The position numbers and the translations under genes are program-made. The notes under the pieces were generated by a model that saw nothing but the letters and a program-made list of their open reading frames with translations, had not been told where the DNA came from and ran no database searches. Shown here piece by piece: positions 25,834 to 35,600 of a stretch of DNA of 64,000 bases (its first letter is position 1; the number at the start of each line of letters is the position of its first letter). The DNA is from Opitutia bacterium (GTDB lineage: Bacteria > Verrucomicrobiota > Verrucomicrobiia > Opitutales > JABJCN01), in contig JABJCN010000172.1 in the NCBI GenBank assembly GCA_018668635.1, positions 15,716 to 79,715 on the forward strand, given 5' to 3'.

Positions 25834-25992
25834 ATAAGACATGCCTATGGGAGTTATTAATAACAATGTTTATTGAAAAAAACATAAAGCATTATGAACG
25901 TATTAAGAGTAAAAGAAGACAAATTGCTTCCGGGCTAAAAAATAAAAATTAGATGCACCTGAAAGATTTTCAATCTTCAAGTCATTACCTAC

Positions 25993-26583
25993 TTGAAAAA
26001 CACCTTGATGAATGATTCCCAATTTGATGGGGAGACTAAAAATGGAAAGCACACGGCAAAAGACCCAGAGTCGCACGTCCAGCAGGAATTCCTGCGGAAT
26101 GCACCGGCTATCCGTAATTTCCTGCACTCCCTACAACCAGAATTCGCAGAGGCAGAGGATCTTTTTCAAGATATCTTTCTCGTGGTTACCGATAAAGCAA
26201 GGCACTACAAGGAAGGGACCAACTTTCTTGGATGGGTCTTCACAATCGCACGCTTCAAGATTATTGAACGAAACCGCAAATCACAAAGGAGGCAAAAGCT
26301 GCTATCCAGTGAAGTTGCAGAAGTACTTCTCAAGGACGCCCCTGAGGTACAAAGCGAACTCTTGCAAATCAAGATTAATGCCATGCAGAACTGCATGAAA
26401 ATCCTCGCACCCAATGCAAGAGCGATTGTTAACATGCGTTACTTCGAAAATCTCAAACCTTCAGAAATTGCAAAGAAGATGAATATGGAAGTGAACAAGA
26501 TATACCTTGTCCTGACTCGTTCCCGTTCCCTACTTCGCAAATGTGTCTCCAACCAAATAACAGGGAAGGACTGCGAAAAATGA
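25993..26583 (+). CDS. ECF-type RNA polymerase sigma-70 factor
   Basis: Region 2 is FLGWVFTIARFKIIERNRK. Region 4 is ARAIVNMRYFENLKPSEIAKKMNMEVNKIYLVLTRSRSLLRKC. The track start is a TTG at 25993, with an ATG alternative at 26008. Confidence 0.85.
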   Translation: MKNTLMNDSQFDGETKNGKHTAKDPESHVQQEFLRNAPAIRNFLHSLQPEFAEAEDLFQDIFLVVTDKARHYKEGTNFLGWVFTIARFKIIERNRKSQRRQKLLSSEVAEVLLKDAPEVQSELLQIKINAMQNCMKILAPNARAIVNMRYFENLKPSEIAKKMNMEVNKIYLVLTRSRSLLRKCVSNQITGKDCEK

Positions 26584-28031
26584 AGAAAGAGGACCTTGAA
26601 GTACTGATTGAGAAATATCTTGATGATGACCTGCATGAAGATGAAAGCAATCGTCTTGAAAGCCTGTTGATTGAATCAGGAGAAGCCCGGCAGACTTTCT
26701 GGGAACGAACAGAAATTCATGGACTGACGCGGGAAACACTACTGCAGGGTCAGGCAGAAGAGGGATTGCCCGGAAAAACCAGCTCAAGGAAAGTGATAAA
26801 TTTCCCATGGGCCTGGAGTTCTGCCGCCTGCCTTGCGGTCGGGCTTTTGATCACCCTTGCGGACAAGGATAAAACAGTGACGGACAAGACCAATACCAAG
26901 TCTGAAACCAAGTTAAATCCAAACACCTATCTGGCCCGAGTAGGATTTCAGAGTAACGAACTTGTACAGTCTGGAATCTTTGAGAAAAAGCAGTTTATCA
27001 AAAGCGGAGAATTAGCCATTGGAAAAGGGCTTTTGGAACTAAATTTATTCAACAAAGTTACATTACTTCTTCAGGGACCGGCCAAAGTGAACCTACAGTC
27101 CCTGGATCAAATGGTTCTGCATCATGGTCAATTGTCTGCAGAAGTACCTGAAGGAGCAAGAGGATTCAAGGTTCACACCCCGGCCGGCGAAGTCATTGAT
27201 CTTGGGACTCGTTTTGGGATATCAGCCAATCTGGATGGGCATATGGAAACGCATGTTTTTGAAGGTGAAGTTGATGTCATTGAACCCAATGCCTTGCACA
27301 AGCTTAAAACAAATCAAGCCCTTAGGCTGGATCCAATGTCTGTCGAAAATATCGTCTCAGAGCCTACCAGGTTTCCGGCTCTTAGAACTATCTACGAGCA
27401 ACCCTTAGCCCAGCCGGGATTTGAGGGAAACACTCTCGTGGAATTTGGTGGGATACCTGATCGAACCGGAATCTGGAGAGGAGATAGAGCATTGGTAACC
27501 CGGGCAGATCAAGGAATCCATCCATATGATGGTGAATTTATGCTTAAATTTGAACAAACGTATCCTGAATCAGAGGTATTCGATCCCCTTTCAAACACTT
27601 CTCAATCCCTGCAACAACAGACAATTGATATACGAAACCTAAGAAAAAAATACCCCATGACGCGACTTGTTGCTGAAGCCGATGCGTTCTTCAATCGTGT
27701 TCAAGGGGGGCCTGAAACCGACACCCAATTTAGCGTGGCAATACTTGCATGCACCGGTGACATGAAAAAACTGCCATCACTAAATGGAAATATAAACTCT
27801 CACAGGCGAGCAAGTGTTGAGAATTCTCTTGAAAGCGATAGTGATCCATCAACATGGGAAAGACTGGGCGCGAAGCTCAACATCCCCAAGAAAGCCAGCT
27901 TTTTAATTTTAAGGATCGCTGCGCATGAAAATATCCAGAATGACCCACAGGAATCAAAGGAACTTGATGGCCACTATGTCGATGGTGTTGGCCTAAAGAT
28001 TCATCGCGGCCCCATTCCTGGGAACAATTAA
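26580..28031 (+). CDS. FecR-family transmembrane anti-sigma factor with extra C-terminal beta-rich domain
   Basis: The start ATG overlaps the sigma stop (ATGA at 26580-26583). It has an N-terminal anti-sigma segment (LIEKYLDDDLHEDESNRLESLL), a TM helix (WAWSSAACLAVGLLITLA) and a FecR-like core (VHTPAGEVIDLGTRFGISA...HVFEGEV). About 220 further residues start at GFEGNTLVEF. Confidence 0.8.
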   Translation: MKKEDLEVLIEKYLDDDLHEDESNRLESLLIESGEARQTFWERTEIHGLTRETLLQGQAEEGLPGKTSSRKVINFPWAWSSAACLAVGLLITLADKDKTVTDKTNTKSETKLNPNTYLARVGFQSNELVQSGIFEKKQFIKSGELAIGKGLLELNLFNKVTLLLQGPAKVNLQSLDQMVLHHGQLSAEVPEGARGFKVHTPAGEVIDLGTRFGISANLDGHMETHVFEGEVDVIEPNALHKLKTNQALRLDPMSVENIVSEPTRFPALRTIYEQPLAQPGFEGNTLVEFGGIPDRTGIWRGDRALVTRADQGIHPYDGEFMLKFEQTYPESEVFDPLSNTSQSLQQQTIDIRNLRKKYPMTRLVAEADAFFNRVQGGPETDTQFSVAILACTGDMKKLPSLNGNINSHRRASVENSLESDSDPSTWERLGAKLNIPKKASFLILRIAAHENIQNDPQESKELDGHYVDGVGLKIHRGPIPGNN

Positions 28032-28093
28032 ATAACTTTGGGATTTCCTTCCACTAGGTAAGGAAAAAACAGGATCACAAAGCAGACAATAAC

Positions 28094-28132
28094 GTGCGCG
28101 GTCTCTGGGGAGAGGCCGCGCACACTGTTTTT
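28094..28132 (+). terminator. Rho-independent terminator candidate after the anti-sigma gene
   Basis: GTGCGCGGTCTC-TGGG-GAGAGGCCGCGCAC is a GC-rich stem, followed by ACTGTTTTT. It lies between convergent genes. Confidence 0.55.
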
Positions 28133-28150
28133 AAGGAATCAACTAAATCG

Positions 28151-28501
28151 CTAAAGTGAGCGTATCCAATGCGCTACTTCTTCCTTGATGGGCGGATGAG
28201 GGACATGTTTCCCCAAGGTATCCTCAAGAAACTGCTCAATATTGTAGTGAAAATGCCTCCCATTATCTGAATCAACGATTGAAATGATCATATCCTTGGG
28301 AGCAACAGCCTCGTCAATAATAAGGGGTCGCAAACGATGAATCAACCGGACCGGAGGAAAGTCCTCCGCCCGAGCCAAGTATGCCTTGATGTTTCCCTCG
28401 TCCTCAATAAATGAATTCCTATCAAAACCCATGCTCTCAATGGTTCCCGCCTCAAGCTCTTGAAGCGAATATTCAATACAAACTGGCTTGACCATCCTCA
28501 T
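28151..28501 (-). CDS. Hypothetical 116-aa protein
   Basis: Isolated ORF with plausible coding composition and no motif I recognise. It is divergent from the DUF1592-like gene across a 358-bp spacer. Confidence 0.45.
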   Translation of the reverse strand: MRMVKPVCIEYSLQELEAGTIESMGFDRNSFIEDEGNIKAYLARAEDFPPVRLIHRLRPLIIDEAVAPKDMIISIVDSDNGRHFHYNIEQFLEDTLGKHVPHPPIKEEVAHWIRSL

Positions 28502-28859
28502 ACCATTTCAACCCCAACAATGAAGCACAACTTCAATGCCCGGATTCCATGAGACCCAACATCGTGAATCCTCGTTCAAAAGGATTAAGTGTAAGAGAGA
28601 ACCATAAATATAATTTAGCCATTTATAGCGTCAGCATGATGCCATTCCATCCCCACAGTTTAGATGTTTAGGATGGTTCGAATGAAGTATTTACTGGATT
28701 TCAGAATAAAGAAAATTTCCCCTTGTATTCGACCGACCGGGAACGACATCAAGATTCCCGAACGCTCCAGATTGAAGAGAAGATGATAGTCCAATTTCAA
28801 CGCTGACAAATCATTGTCTGTCTGCGAACGTTATGGTTTTATTTCCCTAAAATTTTCTT

Positions 28860-31244
28860 GTGCAAATTATCCAGCCAACCATCAGAATGTTTTCCGCACA
28901 TTTGCTAATTTTCGCTACGTGCTTGCGGGCAGGCACTTCCTATCCAGCTGAAATCGAAAGCCTCTTCGCAAAACATTGCTATGATTGCCACGACGGGGAT
29001 ATAAGTGAGGGAGGGCTTGACCTGCAAACCATCGGGTTCAGTCCGACGGACCCCACAAATTTGAAAATCTGGATCCGCATCCTCGACCGCGTTCACTATG
29101 GCGAGATGCCCCCGGTGAAAAAAGCCCGCCCCAATAAATCGACCCTTGCAGCCTTCCGTGCCAGACTAGGGCATGCCCTTCATGAAATTGATCACAAGGA
29201 AAAAAGCCGCTATGGCAATGTACACGTGCGCCGCCTTACCCGGAGAGAATACCAATATACAATTCAGGACCTGCTCGGCATAGACATACCCCTAATTGAG
29301 CATCTGCCAGAGGAAACCGCAACAAACGGTTTCGAGACTGTAGCCGAAAGCCAGCAATTCTCCCATTTCAATCTTGCCGGTTATCTCAACGCAGCCGATT
29401 TTGCTCTGGAAGAAGCCTTCAAGCTCGCTTTCGACAAAGCCAAGCCATATAAGACATTCCATCAACCACCTGACCTCAGTAGGTATGGCGGTGGAAACTA
29501 CCGGGGACCTGAACACAGGAACGGGGAATCCATAAGCTACCCCATCAAAGTACAGTTCTACGGTCGTATGCCCACAACGCAGGTCCCTGAATCGGGCTGG
29601 TACCGTGTAACCCTCAAAAAAGTGCACGCCATCAACCCCCGTGGCAATGAACCGGTCTGGGGCACCCTGCGCTCCGGCGCATGTAACTCCGCAGCCCCAA
29701 TGCTATACAGCATAGGCCAAGTCGAAGCCATAAATAAAAAGCGTGACCTTACTTTCGAAGCCTGGATTCAAAAAGGGCACATGCTCGAACTCAAGCCTCT
29801 TGACGCCACCTTGAAAAAAGCCTCAACAGGAGCCGGTGGCGGTAACGTATCCTATAAAGGTCGCAACCTCGTCAAACAAGGTGTCCAGGGCATTGCCCAT
29901 GCCGGTATTGAAATTGAGCGCATTCACTCAAATCGCAATCCCGAGGAAATCAGTCAACGACTGCTGGCAGGCTATCCACCCTCGACTCTAAAGAACCTCC
30001 AGAGTCTCCAGGAAAAAAAGGACTTCCTGTTTCAGACTGTGGGCCGATTCGCAAATGTGGCCTTTCGCCGTCCGGTCTTCTCCGCGCAGGCTGCCCCATA
30101 TATATACATTGCGCACAAGGAAATCGAAAAGAAAAACGCCACACTAGAGGACGCACTCAAGGCCGCCTACCGAGCCATCCTGTGCTCCCCTCGCCTGTTA
30201 ACCTTTCACGAAAGGCCCGGAGAACTCGACGACCACGCCCTGGCATCCCGCCTCAGCTATGCTCTCTGGAACTCAATGCCAGACTGGCACCTGCGTCAAC
30301 TTGCCGACAAGGGACGCCTTCGTGATCCCGCCGTCTTTCACGCAGAAATCGACCGACTTCTCGAACACCCCCATGCTCAACGCTTCATTGCAAGCTTTAC
30401 TGACCAATGGCTCAATCTCAAGGACATAGATTTCACCTCTCCAGACACCAACCTCTATCGCACTTTTGACCCCATTGTTCAGGCCTCCATGCTGGCGGAG
30501 ACTCGGAGCTTCTTCCGCGAAATCCTACATACAAACCTGCCAGTGCATCATTTCGTCGCCTCAAATTTCAGCTTCCTGAATGAAAGACTCGCTCGGTTCT
30601 ATGGCATCAAAGACCTTGACCTGCAACCCGGAGAAGGGCTTCAGAAGATCCAGCTAGGCAAGGCGGATCGAGGTGGCCTTATCACCCATGGAGCCGTTCT
30701 AAAAGTTACCGCCAACGGGACAACGACCTCCCCCGTCGTCCGCGGTGTGTGGGTTGCCGAAAGAATACTCGGCATGGAAATACCTCCCCCCCCGGCCGAA
30801 GTGCCCGCTGTCGAACCCGATATTCGTGGCGCCCGTAGCATCCGCGATCAATTGGACAAACACCGCAACAATGAATCCTGCGCGGCCTGTCATCGCAAAA
30901 TTGATCCAGCCGGATTTGCACTTGAAAACTTTGACCCAGTTGGCCTTTGGCGGAGCAAGTATGGCAAGGGAAGCAAATCCGCAAAGGTTTCACCAACTGG
31001 CACCACCCCGGAAGGAAAAAACTTCAAGGATATCCTTGAATGGAAGGAAATCTATCGCAAAAAACCCGACCAGCTTACTAAAAGCTTTGCCAAGCACTTC
31101 CTCACCTACGCGACAGGCGCACCACCCAGTTTCAGCGATCGTCCCGCACTTGAAAAGATTGTAACCCAGTCCAAGCGACAAGAATATCATCTTCGTCAGA
31201 TTATGCATAGCGCACTCGCCAGCTCCATCTTTAAGACAAAATGA
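28860..31244 (+). CDS. DUF1592/DUF1587/DUF1585-type protein with two CxxCH motifs (planctomycete cytochrome-c-like family)
   Basis: The N-terminal motif is FAKHCYDCHDGD (CxxCH at 28977-28991) followed by YGEMPP. The C-terminal motif is ESCAACHRKIDPAGFALENFDPVG. The start is a GTG at 28860 or the ATG at 28887. Confidence 0.85.
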   Translation: MQIIQPTIRMFSAHLLIFATCLRAGTSYPAEIESLFAKHCYDCHDGDISEGGLDLQTIGFSPTDPTNLKIWIRILDRVHYGEMPPVKKARPNKSTLAAFRARLGHALHEIDHKEKSRYGNVHVRRLTRREYQYTIQDLLGIDIPLIEHLPEETATNGFETVAESQQFSHFNLAGYLNAADFALEEAFKLAFDKAKPYKTFHQPPDLSRYGGGNYRGPEHRNGESISYPIKVQFYGRMPTTQVPESGWYRVTLKKVHAINPRGNEPVWGTLRSGACNSAAPMLYSIGQVEAINKKRDLTFEAWIQKGHMLELKPLDATLKKASTGAGGGNVSYKGRNLVKQGVQGIAHAGIEIERIHSNRNPEEISQRLLAGYPPSTLKNLQSLQEKKDFLFQTVGRFANVAFRRPVFSAQAAPYIYIAHKEIEKKNATLEDALKAAYRAILCSPRLLTFHERPGELDDHALASRLSYALWNSMPDWHLRQLADKGRLRDPAVFHAEIDRLLEHPHAQRFIASFTDQWLNLKDIDFTSPDTNLYRTFDPIVQASMLAETRSFFREILHTNLPVHHFVASNFSFLNERLARFYGIKDLDLQPGEGLQKIQLGKADRGGLITHGAVLKVTANGTTTSPVVRGVWVAERILGMEIPPPPAEVPAVEPDIRGARSIRDQLDKHRNNESCAACHRKIDPAGFALENFDPVGLWRSKYGKGSKSAKVSPTGTTPEGKNFKDILEWKEIYRKKPDQLTKSFAKHFLTYATGAPPSFSDRPALEKIVTQSKRQEYHLRQIMHSALASSIFKTK

Positions 31245-32506
31245 AAAACGTCCATATCAGCACTCACAAGAAATTAGATCGTCGCCATATGCTCCGGGCA
31301 GGTGGGATCAGTCTCGCACTACCGTTTCTTGATGCAATGACCCCGGCCTTCGCAGTTCCCCCCAAAGAACACCCCAAGGCAAAACGGTTCGTCAGCGCAA
31401 GCCTCGCACTGGGCCTGCACGGTCCCAACTGGACCCCCAAGGAAAAAGGTACGAGCTACAAGCCTGCTCCCTATCTGCGGCCGCTGCAGGACTTGCGAAA
31501 GGACATGACGATCGTCTCCGGCAGTTCTCACCCTCGAGTCACAGGAGGTCACACCGCGGAAGGAAGTATACTGACTGCCTGCCCCAATACCCGGGGAAGC
31601 ACCTCTCGAAACACCATATCACTTGACCAGCTCATGGCCAGATATCTTGGCCATGAAACCCGCTTCCCATCCCTGGTCTTGAATACCGGCGGTTCCACCA
31701 GTCCATCCTACACGGAGAACGGTGCCATGATTCCCGCAGAAGAAAATATCACCAAGCTCTTCGCAAAACTTTTCATCGACGACTTACCGGGTGAACAAGC
31801 ACGCCAGACAGCACTGATTCAACGTGGCCGCAGTATCCTGGACATCATCGGCGAAGAAGCCCGTGCCTTGAAACGTGAACTTGGCCCGGGAGATCAGGAT
31901 AAACTCGATGCATGGTTCACCAGCGTTCGCGATCTGGAATCCCGGCTCAAAATAAATGAAAACTGGGTTCACCTTCCAAAGCCCAATGCTGGCACCAAAG
32001 TCCCCAGACCTGATCGCAACAACTCGATCGAGGTTGTACGTGCCATGTTTGACATCGTTGCGATGGCACTCCAGACCGACTCCACCAGATTCGTCACCCT
32101 TCATATGCCTGGAAACGCCAAGCTTAAAGGCGTCAAGGGCATCACCGAAGGCTACCATGGTTTAAGTCACCACGGAAAGGATAAGGAAAAGCTCCAGCAA
32201 CTCGCAAGAGTCGAACAAGCAGTAATTAACGAATGGGCCCGCTTCCTTCGGAAACTCAAATCATCCTCCTTACTGGACACGACAATGGTTCTACTCACCT
32301 CGAATCTCGGTAATGCCTCCAGTCACAACAACAAGAACCTCCCCGTACTGTTCGCCGGAGGCGGTTTCAAGCACGGACGGCACCTTGCATTTAACCAGAA
32401 ACAAAACTACCCATTGCCCAACCTGTACCTGAATGCCCTTCATCAAGTTGGACTTCCATTAGAATCCTTTGCTACCAGCACCGGAGAGATGGCTGGGCTT
32501 TTGTAA
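31241..32506 (+). CDS. DUF1552-type protein with Tat signal
   Basis: RRHMLRAGGISLALPFLDAM is a twin-arginine signal, and a GYHGLSHHGKD motif is present. The start overlaps the upstream stop (ATGA). Confidence 0.85.
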   Translation: MKNVHISTHKKLDRRHMLRAGGISLALPFLDAMTPAFAVPPKEHPKAKRFVSASLALGLHGPNWTPKEKGTSYKPAPYLRPLQDLRKDMTIVSGSSHPRVTGGHTAEGSILTACPNTRGSTSRNTISLDQLMARYLGHETRFPSLVLNTGGSTSPSYTENGAMIPAEENITKLFAKLFIDDLPGEQARQTALIQRGRSILDIIGEEARALKRELGPGDQDKLDAWFTSVRDLESRLKINENWVHLPKPNAGTKVPRPDRNNSIEVVRAMFDIVAMALQTDSTRFVTLHMPGNAKLKGVKGITEGYHGLSHHGKDKEKLQQLARVEQAVINEWARFLRKLKSSSLLDTTMVLLTSNLGNASSHNNKNLPVLFAGGGFKHGRHLAFNQKQNYPLPNLYLNALHQVGLPLESFATSTGEMAGLL

Positions 32507-32540
32507 CTGAGCCGACAAAAGGTTACTCAACAAGATGGTG

Positions 32541-32569
32541 AATCCGACCTCTTTCGGGGTCGTTGGATT
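32541..32569 (+). terminator. Candidate stem-loop after the first DUF1592/DUF1552 pair
   Basis: AATCCGACC-TCTTTCGG-GGTCGTTGGATT is an interrupted ~9-bp stem, 35 nt after the stop at 32506. There is no U-tract. Confidence 0.3.
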
Positions 32570-32676
32570 ACTTGAGTGACAGCTATATTTTGCCGAAGAT
32601 TCAACATCCCTAAAATAGCTGTCCTCATCGCTTGGCCAAAATCTATTTTGTTATCAAATAACAGCCTTATTAAAAC

Positions 32677-35600
32677 TTGAAACACTTATTTACAGGCATC
32701 CCGCTGGTTATGGCAGTTGCAATACAAGCTGCCGGCCCAACCGTATACTCCCCCAGCAAACATTTATCGACAGGCGCCCAAGGCATTTTATCAAGCGTTG
32801 ATTCCAACAAAAATTCAAAGTGGTGCGGATTACATGAAAACCGCCCGGTGGTATGGATGGCCAAGTTCCCCGGGGAAGGAAAAGTCATAAGGGAGTATTC
32901 GATCACCTCAGGAAATGATAAACCAAGCCGTGATCCCAAAGACTGGGTCCTGGAGGGATCCAAGGATGGTGCGAAATGGACGTTATTAGACCAAAAAACC
33001 AACCAACCCCTGTTTGATAATCGGCTTCAATCGCGTTCTTACAAATTGAATAATAAATCATCTTACCCATTTTTCAGATTTACATTCCTTAAAACCCATA
33101 ATGCCACCCATTTCCAGTTTTCTGAAATTTGTCTGGAAGGATTCTCTTTCACAGGGGTAAAACTGGGCTCTCCGCCGACACTGAAAGAAATCAGGGAGGC
33201 AGGGGCCCTTAACTCGATCTATCTAAAACCCGAAGCTCAACTCCCAATCATTCAAAATCCTGGGGCAAACCTGAAATTATTTAAAGACAATATAAAGCCC
33301 CTACTAACAGAAGCCTGCATTGGATGTCATGGACCAAGGAAACAGAAAGGGAAATTTCGGATCGACACGCTCAACCCAGACTTAATCCATGGTGGTGACA
33401 AGGATTGGTGGCTTGAAGTGATGGATGTATTAAGTAATGGAGAAATGCCTCCCCCGGATGAAGAGACGCAATTAGCTGATTCAGGCCGAACAGAAATTAT
33501 TGATTGGTTATCCAGAGAAATCCAGTACGCGTCACAAATAGCCCGAAGTGAAAAAGGGCGTTCTTCATTTCGCCGCCTCACCCGCTACGAATACAACTAT
33601 GCGCTCCAAGACCTGCTGGGACTACCTTGGTCTTTGGCAAGAAACCTTCCTCCGGAGACGGATTCAGAGGATGGATTTAAAAACAGTTCTGAACTTTTGC
33701 AAATGTCTACCATGCAATTTCAGACCTACCGTAAAATCGGGTTGAAGGCCCTAAAGAGGGCTACAGTGAGTGGCGAGAGGCCCAAGCCGGTCACTTATAT
33801 CATCTCGATGAAGGAAGAGATGGAAAAGGCGGCGGCCGATAAGAAAGCAAAATTCTTCAATACAAATGACGAAAGCTATGCCAGGAACAGGAACCAGCTT
33901 CATCTGGTAAACCCCAAAACCAACAAGGGCACCCGATTCAAGGGCGGAAAGTTGACACCCCGACCCGATGCAGTCGTGGGCCAAACACTTCCAGATTCCC
34001 CTGTTGTGGTGATACTTCCAAAGTCCAATGAATTAAAGTGGAATTTGGATCGTTTCCTTCCCGACGAAGGTGTAATGCGGGTAAGCATTCGAGCCGGACG
34101 GTCTTCAATGAACCCTGATGAATATGCAAGCCTTCGTTTAGGTATGAGTGCCCATACCAGCAACAACGCAAATTTTTCCAATATCATCAGTGAAAAAGAC
34201 ATTCCGGTAAAAGGATCAGCAGACAAACCCCAATTGATTCACTTCGATATACATCTGGCCGACATCCAGCGGAACCCCTTCCGCAAACTGACAACAACCT
34301 TTCCCAGACGGGATGAATTCCTGCATATTAAAAATATCTCGAATGCCCACGGGAAAGAACCTCTTCAGGTTCTCATCAATCACATTGTAATCAGTGCTCC
34401 ATTTCATGATCAATGGCCGCCGAAGACACACACGGACATATTCTTTGAAAGTAGGAACAAAGGGGACGAGGAAAAATATGGTCGGGAAATACTGGTTCGG
34501 TTTATGGAACGAGCCTGGCGGCGTCCAGTAACCACAAAGGATGTAGATCGGTTTATTGGTCTGTTTGCAAAGTACCGACCAGAATTACAAACGTTTGAAG
34601 AAGCTATGCAGGAAGTATTGGCAACGGTACTGGCGCATCCCGAGTTTCTGTACCTGACTCAACATGCAGCCGGTAAAGCAAAAGTTGAACCAGCCCGAAT
34701 CAGCAACCACGAACTGGCCAGTCGGCTATCCGTATTTCTATGGTCAAGCATACCTGATGGCGAACTGCAGAAACTTGCCAAACAAGAAACACTCAGTGAA
34801 CCCAAGGTACTTGAAGCCCAGGTCAAACGCATGCTGTCAGACCCCCGGTCCCAGCGATTCACCCGGCACTTCGTTGGGCAATGGCTTGGCTTGGATGATC
34901 TGGATAGCCAGACTCACATTACAGATGAATCGCTCAAGAAAGCCATGAAGGAAGAGCCTGTAGCTTTTTTTGAAGAAGTCCTGAAACACAATCGCAGTAT
35001 CATGGAATTCATTCATTCCGACTACGCCATGGTCAACGAAAGGTTGGCAAACCACTACGGCATTCGGAATATTTACGGCTATCAATTTCGCAAAACCCCC
35101 ATCGAGATAAAACAAAATCGTGGCGGACTTTTAACAGGAGCCGCAGTCCTCGCCATGAATTCGGATGGAAAGGATTCCCACCCTCTTAAACGTGGGGTCT
35201 GGATGTTGGAACGCATACTCAATGATCCACCACCTCCCCCACCCCCGAATGTACCGGAGGTAGACCTTGCCGATCCGGAAATCCAGAAAATGACTTTGAA
35301 AGAACGGATTTCAGCCCACCGGAATGACCCTGCTTGCCATTCCTGTCATGCAAGGATCGATCCATGGGGAATTGCTTTTGAAAACTATGATGCATCAGGA
35401 TCATACCGCACACGAATCAAGAACAAACCAGTAGACGCGACCTCAGAGCTGTTCAATAAAGAGCCCCTGGCGGGAATGGACGGGCTAAAGCGCCATCTGC
35501 TCGAGGAAAGACAGGATCAATTCGCCCGTGCCATGGTTCACAAAATGTCTGCTTATGCACTTGGTCGGCCCTTGTCTTTTGCAGACCTTGCCGAAATTGA

